Source of the DNA: Tubiluchus corallicola
Lineage: Eukaryota; Animalia; Priapulida
DNA length: 64,000 nucleotides
Direction of reading: 5' to 3'
Assembly (NCBI GenBank): GCA_030141605.1
Contig: JAQGDQ010000763.1
Span: 1 to 64,000 of the forward strand
The notes beneath the pieces were generated by a model. That model was not told the DNA's origin. It was given only the letters and a program-made list of their open reading frames with translations, and did not search any database. Made by a program: the position numbers and the translations under genes. Positions within the stretch are counted from its first letter, which is position 1; every line of letters begins with the position of its first letter. Shown here in pieces: positions 53,240 through 64,000 of the stretch.

Positions 53240-54621
53240 TTAAGTGCTTAGCAGTCATTGCAGGAGTATAAATATACAAGTTTTATACAGCATTACTGCT
53301 GACACAAGCTCTGTATGCAATAAGCAGCATGTAACTGAAATATAATTTCAAATCAAATTTTTTAAGCTTTGTTACGAAAAGCGTTTTCTTGTGCTTTAAA
53401 TTAGAGGTCGGCCAAAAACAAGCCAAATTTAAAACCACGTGAAATTTTTATTTGCCTCCTTTTGCTTTTGACAACATCATTTTATACTTCGAGGATTCTA
53501 TTACCTTGAATCAAGATATTTGACACTTTTTAAAAGAAAAACTAAGGCAACAACGAATGCTCTTCACAGGCCTTTCCTAAAAAACCTCAGCATATGTGGG
53601 TTACAATATAGTTTCCATTTTTGATTTTACTCTTTGCTTTTATCGAATTATCATTGGTTGTCCCCGTCATAATCTTGAGTTACAGTTTTCCATTTCAAAA
53701 ATTTTATTTCATGAAAATTAAGATTTCATTCTTAAACATGGCCTCAAAACTGGTCTTAAAGGCAAAAAACTTTGAAAACATATTTAGCATAACTATAAGT
53801 TATAATCAAGATTGTCTAGAAAAGTCTAAAAAACAGCATAATCCATGCTCAGAGTATCTATATTGTACTACAGGGCTGTGGTGAAATGAAATGTAATGCT
53901 GGCGGGGGAATACAGTAGCCTTCTCAGGTGTGCATGTGAACGTGGCTTTATCTAGCACAGACTCGTATTCTGACCTTATGTTAGTAAAAACCACTAGTCA
54001 CATGCACACCTGAACTTATAAAAAGGGAAGGTCTGCTGTAGACCCTTGTCAGTGGTCGTGTCTTTCATTGCAGCTCTGTTCACATTTCACAGGCTTTGCC
54101 GCAAACTCCGTTCTTCTAGGTAAGCTGTTTGTTCCTTATTGGCGGTGTAATATTAAGTAATAAATTGTCATTTCGACTCTATTATTCGGGTTCTGTTTTG
54201 GTTAAGGCATTGAACGACTTAACTGAGACATGCCGCAAGGTGTGGGCCACGGTGCCATCCGTCCTGCGTCCGTTAAAAGTGGACAGCAGTCCAATATTTA
54301 TAAATTGCTGCGAAAACCGTTGCAAGAAAAAATCAGTAGAAATTGTAACTATATGTACACGTGTAGTTGCTTCTTGAACTTTGCACTGACTAAGTCCGTA
54401 TAAACCTACAGTTTGCATAACTGAGATTCCTTACTGTCAATAGGTGCCTTCTGAATTGGCAGAAGCGTGCCGTTCCAGCTAATGTACGCGCAAGCTCTTG
54501 GGAAAAGATTATTCAGCCTCGTTTTTTCTGTGTAGTCCTATAAAAATAAGAATTATACAAACAAAATGTTATTGGAAATTTTATCAACATCGCAATTTCT
54601 TTTTCTCCACACTCTCACTTT

Positions 54622-54622
<1 letters not shown>

Positions 54623-54679
<57 letters not shown>

Positions 54680-54680
54680 T

Positions 54681-54719
<39 letters not shown>

Positions 54720-54972
54720 CTCTCTCTCTCTCTCTTGCTCTCTCTCTCCCTCCCTCCCCCTCTCTCTCTTGCTCTATCTCTCTCTCGCTTGGTCTCTCTC
54801 TCTCCCTCCCTCCCCCTCTCTCTCTTGCTCTATCTCTCTCTCGCTTGGTCTCTCTCTCTCTCTCCCTCCCTCCCCCCTCTCTCTCTCTCTCTCGCTTGCT
54901 TTCTCTCTCCCTCTCTCTCTCCCTCCCTCCCCCCTCTCTCTCTCCTCCTCTCGCTTGCTCTCTCTCTCTCTC
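54623..54972. repeat. (CT)n-rich microsatellite
   Basis: Direct observation. Confidence 0.95.
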
Positions 54973-55761
54973 ATTTTCAAATTCCAGAAAATCTATTAAG
55001 CAGTTAGCCTAAATGGCCACAAATTTTAATGCAACATTGTTTAGAAACTTAACGAGAAGCCTTAATGCAGATTTATGGATGACTGCCAGTAAACGTTACC
55101 CGGAAAGATCTGTATCGTCCTGCAAACTGCCGCTGAAAATAACCGGTCACGTTTTTTGCTGCAGCTGCAACTGAGAACAAGAAAAATTGCTTTATTCTCA
55201 TGTCAATCAAGCATAAGCATCAGCAACAGCATCATCACTAACTGACAACAGTATCAGTTTATTTATAAGGCATATATCACAAAAATTTTCAAAGTGTGTT
55301 ACTTTTCAGTAGTTACTTGATAGCTGAATAAGAGCCATTACTGAGTAATTATATTATAATGGCATTGTATGCATCGTATAGCACACCATGCATACACAGT
55401 ATTGCCAAAACAATTACTTTTTGCATAATGACATATCGAAATTGTAAACTGTGATTGTTGTGACGTCTACTAATATCTTTACTTTACTTTACTTTTATTT
55501 CACGGGAATGTTATTATGAATTGTGTTTTCAATGTTATTAAATTGTAAATAAGTACGTTTTAATTTGTTTATTCGTTGTTTCATTCACTTTTACATACGG
55601 GAATCACCAAACTGGACAATAAATATTAATAAAAAGCCTTTTCGAGAACAACATTTTAGGCAGATTTAGTTTGATACAACGTCTCTCACTTCTCTTCTGA
55701 GCAGAAAACAAACAAACGAACCAAAAATGAAATTCAAGTTCTGAGGAAAGACTTTAGTCTG

Positions 55762-56262
55762 CAGGGATGAGAATTTTTGGAGTTTTCCGAGTTTTTGGAA
55801 GACCAGTAGTGCCATCTTTGTAAATCGTGTAAATTTGTTGAGAAAATTTTTACGGACCCAGTACATTATTTCACAAGCTGACCGCTAATTGGCAGGCCGT
55901 CACTTTGTTTACATCGCGTACATCAGTGTAACCACGTGTGTATCGCTATGTATAAAAATATAGAATCAATTGTGCGGAGTTATTTGAGTCAATTGCAGAC
56001 AGTTTTTATATACTTTTGCATAGGAGCGGCCAGTACTTAGACGTTTTTGAGACAATTAGGTATCATGTATCTTTGATAGTTGGGTATTTTAAATTATGCA
56101 TGAAACAAGGTAATTGATATTTTAAGTCCACTTAGAGGCTCTCTATGGTCACAAAATTGCAATTTGTTGCTGGCTCACCTTGAACTCCATTGGGGGCCTA
56201 GGTGGCCCCAAAACCCCCGGCCTGTTTCAGAGTTTTTTTACAATTTGTCATTCTCATCCCTG
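55762..56262 (+). mobile_element. hAT MITE, copy 1
   Basis: TIR CAGGGATGAGA...TCTCATCCCTG; CTTTAGTC on both sides (2 extra bases on the left); highly similar to 62250-62767. Confidence 0.9.
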
Positions 56263-57051
56263 CTTTAGTCTTCTTCTCAACATTGTGCCAAAAACACCAA
56301 GCAGAATATAGTCTCATTCTCGACATCCGTGTTTGGGGGTATCTAAACACCCTTCCTTAATAAGAAATGTACATTAGAGCAGAGGAACTGCCTACATAAT
56401 CCATTTTCCTAGTAGTCACCCATCCATTTACCAAGCGGACCCAGTATGGCCTGAAACTTGAAACTGCGCTCCCCCATCTAGGCAACTTAAGGATATATAC
56501 AGAATAAGAAGTAGAAATGCTATTGATGCGTTTGTAGAAATTGTTAAAAATGTTAGAGGAAAATGTAGCCGAAAAAACGTGGAGTTTATTTTTAAAAATG
56601 TGAAGTCCAGTCACTGTCATTTTATATAATTAGATTGCTACCCGTCAATGAAAATATAAAAGTAAGAGTTATTTATAAAATTAGGTAAATATAAATTTCA
56701 ATGTAAATCTAGCTATGTTGCTTGTAGTTGTTGATATGTTTTTGTATATAAGCGTTTTACTGTTATCGTAGTCACCAGTGACATTAAAAGGAATAATTGT
56801 AATTATTTTCTAACTTATTATAATAATGTTCATACTGGTCCCTGCAAAAATAGAGGGAATTTATGTATAGTGTGTATGTATTTATGTTAATATATATAAT
56901 AAAATAGAGTTATAATAATAATAATAATAATGGCTGAACAATCCATATGGAACTAGTGTTGAAACTTTTAAAAGAATTCTTCGTTACAAGCTTTTCGGTA
57001 ACTTTTGCACTGACTAATGACCAATCACACAATGACCAACATATTCAGTAC

Positions 57052-58169
57052 CTCTGCAAGCACTTGATGATCCATCACTCTCACATAACGAAGGCTGCAT
57101 GAATAATGAAAGAAAAAATTAAACATTGAGGTCTACTGTTATAGTCTGAAGTTTACCAGCTTGAAGCAGGGCCATGGGTGGTGCTGACTATGGATAGATA
57201 GCCCGCTCAGCGGTGGGTGTAGTAGGCATATTTAGAATTCGCGAGAGGACCACGGCGTCCCGTAATGGGCGTTTTCCCGGACCCAACTCGCGATTTTTTC
57301 GAAAGTTTGACAGAACAGCATGCGGAAAAAACGTTCTAGCGGCACCTAGTGGGACTCTTGGAAGGAGATATATGGCTTTTTAGAAAGAGCAAGAACAGAG
57401 CTACACAATGGTGTGGACTATATGTTAGGATAGGTCCACCAAGAGGAGTACTGACGAGTTAATTACATGTTCTATTTTCGGCAAAACTGCTGACGCAAAG
57501 CCATTGTTCTGACGTCATCCATTGTACTCTGTCTATAACGTTATAGCTTTAATTCAGTAAAAGCTGCCGCTGCTGCCTTTGCGTTAGATAATGTAGGTCT
57601 ATGTAGGATGTTTGCGTATTTTTGATTATATGTGTATTTATACGCAAATTTTTTTGCAGGCCTTTGCTAGTTAATATAAATCTCACTACGTCATGCACGA
57701 TAGTAATACCATTACTAGCACTAATTACAGCAGCAACCAGTAAAATCAGTGAAATAACAGAAGGTATACATCAATAATTTATTGAAATAATTGTAGAAGG
57801 TTTTGGAAAGTTAGTAGGTCGTCAGTCTGTACCTGATCGTGCTCATTTTGACACAGAGTTTCTAATTCGGAACATAATACCATCATTTCAATGTGTTCAT
57901 CAGCCCCACGAAGTATTCTGTGCCAGTGATGTTCATCCAAATATACATTCACTGCAATGAATCATAAATAAGAAACACAAAGTCACAATGGATTGTTTAA
58001 TATATAACTTTAACAAATTTAAGCTGCTATGCTATAATTAACAATAGTAATAGCAATACCGGTTAGCTGTAGATCTATTTTATAGCAATTATTCAAAATG
58101 TTAATTACCTCTGTAATGAGGGCAATATTGAGAAACTATAACAAGAGGTTGCGTTTTTACTGCTGCCAT
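57052..58169 (-). CDS. Candidate unidentified spliced gene, coding exons 58169-58109, 57951-57833, 57094-57052 (MAAVKTQPLVIVSQYCPHYRVNVYLDEHHWHRILRGADEHIEMMVLCSELETLCQNEHDQPSLCESDGSSSACR...)
   Basis: GT/AG boundaries with matching phases (1, 0) and an open frame across three exons; downstream exons uncertain. Confidence 0.55.
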
Positions 58170-59098
58170 TTAAGTAAAAAAACCAGGAGATAATTTAAGC
58201 TGAAAGTTTTACACGCAGATAGCGTTCAATGTTGCAAATAATTTAATCATGGTCCGGTACATTTTCTGCAGCAGTTTTGTTTACACGCTGCTATTGGCAA
58301 CGATGGCTAAACCCATTACGAGTAAGGATGTAAATGGCCGCACAAAAAACGATTATAAGATACACAATGCGCACCTTTTGTAAAATTTCGAAGAAGCCAA
58401 TAAAATTATTTTGACGCGTTAACTTCTCTTAAACAAAGTTAGCAAGCATCGTTTTCTGTATTGTGCAAAAAGTCTGATACTATAAGTTTCTTCGCTGACA
58501 CCTCCCCCCTTTTCTCTTTGCACTAAACCAGACAAATGTTGCCAATCAAAAAAATAATTCACAAAATCATTGTAATGTACTAAAAGAAGAAACAAAGTTT
58601 GTATTAAAAAAGAAAACCTTTGATGCAGAAAACCAAAATAACCATTAGCAAATTAATTAGATTGGTTTACTGTTTCGGCATTAGATATTATTTTGTTTTT
58701 GCTTTTCGCGTATTGATCTTGTGATGAAACTATACTTGACCGGTTTATGCTGGTTTTTCCGACTTCGCTGACGCTGAGCTCATTCGTTGCTTTTGTGAGA
58801 AAAGATGTTACAGATTTTTCTTGGTTTTTCTTTTAATCCGTGCTTATGATTTTCTCTAACGTGATTATGTTGCCATTCTATATTAAGTACATCTTCTACG
58901 TAGATTTCTCCGACACGAAAGGGTGGTTTCCGATATAATTTCAAGGAATAAAGGTCGGATTAGGAGCAGCGTGCTTTTTGATCTTGCAGCACGACAACGT
59001 TGCGTTAGAAATTTCCCACCAATCTACAGTAACAAAATTATTTTTGGTTGTTTTTTAAACATATGCCTCCTAAATGCGTTGACGAATTCAATCAAACC

Positions 59099-59116
59099 AT
59101 GGATGCAGTTTTTACA
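59099..59116 (+). CDS. SLC25A38: Probable first coding exon of SLC25A38 (MDAVFT)
   Basis: Good Kozak AACCATGG, donor GTAAGT, phase 0 compatible with the exon at 61247. Confidence 0.7.
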
Positions 59117-59915
59117 GTAAGTGTTATCTTGCTGTACTACAACTGTCTCATAATCATGTACATGGTCACACTGCCGTTGCACAAACTTGTTCATAATGAT
59201 GATGCTTTCACGTATTTGGTAATTTTTTCGTTTCTTCGTCAGGACATTGTCAAAACTCGTGTTGAAACTGTTAAGTCACGCAGAGAGAACAACTTTCTTT
59301 TATTATGTTCTTGACTGAGTCGCTGTTTGTGGGGAAAATGGCAAAAGATCTGCTGATTCATGCTGTAATGCGCTGTGTTTTTATTAATGCTTTGACCGAA
59401 ATGAAAAACAAAATGTGTTACGGATTGTTCAGATTAGCATGTTTTCTTGTCAAGTAACTTGCAAATGTGTTCAGACTAGAGAGCAAACTTGCTGCGAGTA
59501 ACTGTGACACTAAGCATGAGCTGACCCTCCCTTCTCTCGTCAGTGCAAGAAGTGTAACTCACCGAGCCATTCACACAAGACTGTAACTTGCAGGAAATCA
59601 ACTCACAGCAACTGTAGGAGTTTGCAATAAATTGCTGACAGTAACTCTCAAGGCAGTTCACACTTGCGAGTCTGCTGTCAGAGGGAAAACTCGAGACAAA
59701 CTTGTCTAAGAAATGAATGATATTATTATAAGTGGGGTGGTGTTTGACGATTAACTAACATCGTGGAGAAAGTCACATAAACATAAAAATAATGTGGTTG
59801 ATTGTGGCGCGTGATCATAACTAACCATGATTGTAAAGGTTAATCCTTTAAGATGGTGAGACACTAACCTGATGAAGCTGCCTCACCAGTCCACCACTAT
59901 TTGAATGTGAACAAT

Positions 59916-60579
59916 ATGTGCGCTTGCATAGCGAAATTGTCCATAAGTCAGCAACTAACCTTTTGTAGTTATTCACATATCCTGAATCTCCATTTCATGA
60001 GAATCATTTTGATACCAAGCCCATTGCTCGATGTTATCTCTAACCTGAGATAATCCACATTGAAGTTGAGGTGCAGGCCGTGCAGTGAAAAATGTAATCT
60101 CGAGAAAATCGCTGTTAAAGTCAGCCATTGGTTCTTGTGGCGTCTCGACAAAACACTTAGCAACCGTACAAAAGTGCAGTTGCTATGGACTTTGCAAGAA
60201 CACGTTGAACTTGTGTTTAAATCTAGTAGATGGCTTTTCCTGACGAAGATTTGGGCTTGTCAACAGAAAAAAATGAAGCAAAATGACTGCTTCCTCGTGC
60301 TGCTATCGGAGTTTGAAAATACAAGTTTTTGCAATTGCTGTATTAGTTTCTGGGCAGAGAAATGGGCACTGGGTTATAAAATTAAATTTTTAATATTTTT
60401 TGGACATTTTCTTGATAATTTGATGCTAAAATATAAAAGTCCAGTATATTTGGTGTTTGCTTTTATAAGAAATAAAAAATTGACATTAGACTAAAATTTT
60501 GGTACTTTCTACTTTGAAGCATCGTAATGTAGTTTTAACTATGCCGACTTATGGACAATTTTGGTTTGCAAGCACACAT
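59916..60579. mobile_element. Unclassified MITE with ~38-bp TIRs, in SLC25A38 intron 1
   Basis: ATGTGCGCTTGCATAGCGAAATTGTCCATAAGTCAGCA versus the reverse complement of TGCCGACTTATGGACAATTTTGGTTTGCAAGCACACAT. Confidence 0.8.
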
Positions 60580-61246
60580 TTAGTTCTATGTCCTCTCTCA
60601 ACAGCCGGAATCAGTACAGTCAACCATTCGCAGTGAATACTGAATCCGGCAGTCACCCCCCCCCCCCCCATTCATTCGCGGACCATTCTATGTATTGCGT
60701 AACTTCAGTTGCTGTGTGACTCTCTGGCTATTCTCCGCTCACCTTAACCTGAGACTGTCAAGTAGTTGTCGCTTGTCGGGGCATATTAGTAACTTCTTCA
60801 TCTAATGAAAGCAGTAGGGCAGCTGCTTGTTACACTAAAAGTATTTAAAGCTCCGAGTGAGAACATTGGGTCCCTCAACCCCGATGACAAACCGCATGCC
60901 TTGACGTCAATTTGTGGGGATGGTAAAACAAGCTTGTAGCAGCTAAGTGTAAAAACATTTTATTGCCTAAATTTGTTGCAGAATTGAAACTGATGTTTTT
61001 CGTGCAAAATTTGCATATTATGAGCCTGGGTATAATTGTGAAAGGCAGTCAGCAATGATTGCGAATTATCTGACTAAGAAACTAAAAAAAACTGAAAGAA
61101 ATTATAAAAACTAGGCATATTTTTTCAATGCCATCTGCGTTTCTGATGTTGAACTAGACTAGAAATAATAACTTTAACTTTTATAACGTTCAAAATGTTC
61201 TCAGTGACGCTAACGTTTAAGGCAAATGTTTTTTCTTTATTTTCAG

Positions 61247-61359
61247 AGTCCTTTGTTCAAATCATTTTTGGCTGGTTCCTTTAGTGGAACTTGCTCAACT
61301 ATAGTTTTCCAACCGCTTGACCTTGTCAAGACCAGAATTCAGGCTCCAATGACTATTGG
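61247..61359 (+). CDS. SLC25A38: Mitochondrial glycine carrier exon ([38 protein letters not shown]); remaining exons not found in the window
   Basis: TTTCAG acceptor and GTACGT donor; carrier signature PxDxxKTRxQ preceded by GSxSGTCST, as recalled for SLC25A38. Confidence 0.85.
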
Positions 61360-61440
61360 GTACGTTTCTTAAGTACTGTGTTGTTGTTTATATATCTTAT
61401 ATTATATTACATTTAACGACGTAATATGACGTATAGTACC

Positions 61441-61985
61441 TTTAAAGGACAAGAAAAGGGGTACCGGAAGTAGGCTTCAGAAAAATCACCTTGAAAATTA
61501 TACCACCTTACATCATTTTTAAGCACATATCATATTCGCGTTTAAAGGAAGTTTGTTTGTTTTCATTTGAAATCTCCGGAGTCACTGTTCCGACTGCGCC
61601 ATTACATGACGTCACCTAAGCACAACGTAAATCGGGGGAAGAAAGGTCAATGTTAAATTATACATGTCCCAAAAAACTTTCCATGGAAATTTATATTGCT
61701 TAGCATTTCGCTTACGTGCTGGAAAGACTTATGTGATTAGAAATAATAATTTAAAATGTTCATGTCAATTGGTAAAATGTCACTGGCTCATCCTCTAGGG
61801 TGCACCACCCACTAACCAAAGACGTGTTTTTAATCTTATTGACAAGACAGTAATTTAGAATTTTACTTAGTTAGTACCGTGTGTGCGACGAATGCCCTGA
61901 TTATTTTTTCAAACTTCACGGATTGTTCACTCAAACGACCTACCATCAAAATGGCTGCGCCTAATTGTCATCGCGGGAGTTTAAA
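61441..61985 (+). mobile_element. Dispersed DNA-transposon-like repeat bounded by TTAA (same family as 9530-10057)
   Basis: Collinear similarity with 9530-10057. Confidence 0.7.
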
Positions 61986-62249
61986 TTTACAAATTTTATA
62001 CAGCATTGCTGCCGACGCAAGCCCTGCATGCAAAAAGGCAGTATGTAAGTGGTATGAAACTTCAAGATGAATTTTTTAAGCTTCATGTAAGTGGAGGGTT
62101 TTCTTGTGCTTTGTCTCTCTAGTTTAGTATTCAGTACATGTACATGTGCTAAAAAGGTACATGCAATTTATGTTAGATGTGAGAAATTTATCACTAAATG
62201 ATTACATCGCTCGATTGCTTCGTTAGACGTTTAATTTCTTTATATAGCC

Positions 62250-62767
62250 CAGGGATGAGAGTTTTCCCCGGATACGCGGAATTCCGAGTTTTTGGAAGAC
62301 CAGTAGTGCCGTTTTTGTAAATCGCGTAAATTCGTTTAGAAAGTTTTTACGGACCCAGTACATTATTTCACAAGCTGACCGCTAGTTGGCAGGCCGTCAC
62401 TTTGTTTACATCACGTACATCAGTGTAACCACGTGTATATCTCTATGTATAAAAATATAGAATCAATTGTGCGGAGTTATTTGAGTCGATTGCAGACAGT
62501 TTTTATATACTTTTGCATAGGAGCGGCCAGTACTTAGGCGTTTTTGAGACAATTAGGTATCATGTATCCTTGATAGTTGGGTATTTTAAATTATGCATGA
62601 AACAAGGTAATTTATATTTTAAGTCCACTTAGAGGCTCTCTACGGTCACAAAACTGCAATTTGTTGTTGGCTCCAAGGGGGCTTCCTTGAACCCCATTGG
62701 GGGCCTACGTGGCCCCAAAACCCCCCGGCCTGTTTCAGTTTTTTGCAATTTGTCATTCTCATCCCTG
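62250..62767 (+). mobile_element. hAT MITE, copy 2, perfect 8-bp TSD ATATAGCC
   Basis: TIR CAGGGATGAGA...TCTCATCCCTG. Confidence 0.93.
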
Positions 62768-63534
62768 ATATAGCCGAGCAGCAGCATCCCGGTTCATGTT
62801 ATTTTTGTAGTAGAAGCTGCTGAGAAGTCAAGAAGCACGTGATTGTCGTCTGCTTGAGCACGCGGCCTGTTGGGGCAGTTGCGCGTGTTGATGTTGAAGC
62901 GAATCCATGCTGTTTGCATGTTCTGCAATATCTGTGTGTGAGTTTTTTTGCAAAGTAAATTAAAATTCCAAGCTGCTTTGCGCAAGTGTTTAATGCTAAA
63001 CAAAAAGTTTGGGTTTTTTTTTCAAAGTAAATTAAAGTTCCAAGCTGTTTTGTGACGTATCTAGTGTTAAGCAAAAATTTTGATCATCACTAGTAGAAAT
63101 AAATGTGTTACTGTCTAAACATTGTTGCTTGTAGAGGAACATCTGTAAAAGTTCTTCAGTTTTATGAGAACAATATTGCACAATGTTTCACATTTCACGT
63201 CGAGATATATATGCAAGAAGTCTATTACAATCCCATTGTTGGTTGTAATTTGTTAACAGTTGTAATGCTTTTTTCAATGTTTGTCCACTTTTCCTGAATG
63301 ATAAAAGACATGCAATTAAACGTGATCCGATCTAGCCACATTTGATAAAAAAATTCTTTACATGTACCATACTGCTGGAAGAGGCATTTTATTTCACGTT
63401 TTGTAAACTTTTCCACTGAGAATACTGAGATGTACGCATTTCAACCAGCATTTAGAAACTATTTGTAGAAAACTAGTTTTATCATTTTTATGTTTGATTT
63501 TCTCATTCCCTTTTCTTTGTAAACATATTTATTT

Positions 63535-63945
63535 AATATCATTTTGATAATAATGTCAGATGGCTTAACCTTTAGGATCTCGTTAGTTCAATTAGTAAAT
63601 CACGCAATAAAGACTAAACGAAGTTCTCTTTGCACAGGTTTTTTTCTCACTCCGAAAATTTTCCTCGGAAATTTTGCATTTTCGAAAAGCTTTTCCATCC
63701 TCCTGTTCTGTTTGTATAAGTTATAATTTTATTTATTTCCACTCTGCATCTAACAGTTGTAATAAAAATACAGATAATTTCACTGAAGTAAATATAAATA
63801 TAAATGCAATATTATCCAGAAATTACAAAAGAGATTCTTATGCAGCATGTACATGTGAAAATTACATTACAGAATAATTTTGATGCATACAGTTTGAGCC
63901 TAAAAGCATAGCTTGACAGGCCAAACTGTACATTGAAATCTTAAA
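63535..63945 (+). mobile_element. Dispersed TE (parts inverse to 51925-51982 and 22703-22925)
   Basis: Reverse-complement matches; ends ...GAAATCTTAA. Confidence 0.7.
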
Positions 63946-64000
63946 GAACTGATTAATAATTGAAATAATGATAATATATGCATAAAAATGTGGGGGGGGA

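Noticed and set aside
54093-54119. Possible plus-strand micro-exon (CACAG|...|GTAAGC)
   Set aside because: No partner exons or recognisable product could be linked to it

Overview
AT-rich, repeat-dense animal (invertebrate-like) genomic DNA; nothing in it looks prokaryotic. The core (15.6-46.4 kb) is a tandem cluster of single-exon class A (rhodopsin-like) GPCR genes: 7 intact minus-strand ORFs of 282-296 aa plus at least 4 broken or partial copies. All intact receptors share an unusual build: no TM3 Cys3.25, almost no ECL2, no aminergic Asp3.32, and an invariant CxxC in ECL3. They are diversifying by duplication, mosaic exchange and TE-driven deletion, which fits a lineage-specific chemoreceptor-like family. 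The window also holds a near-intact CR1-group LINE (PHD-APE-RT) with its empty site visible in a duplicate segment, a 5S-headed SINE, two opposite-orientation solo LTRs at the same paralogous site, hAT/piggyBac/Kolobok-type MITEs, and about ten minisatellite families. Several of those arose from functional termini: a TIR, an LTR+tRNA-Leu PBS junction, and a GPCR stop-codon region. At the right end are the first two coding exons of SLC25A38 and, head-to-head with it, a small unidentified spliced gene missed by the ORF track. All calls were made by eye; family assignments rely on recalled motifs and need database confirmation.
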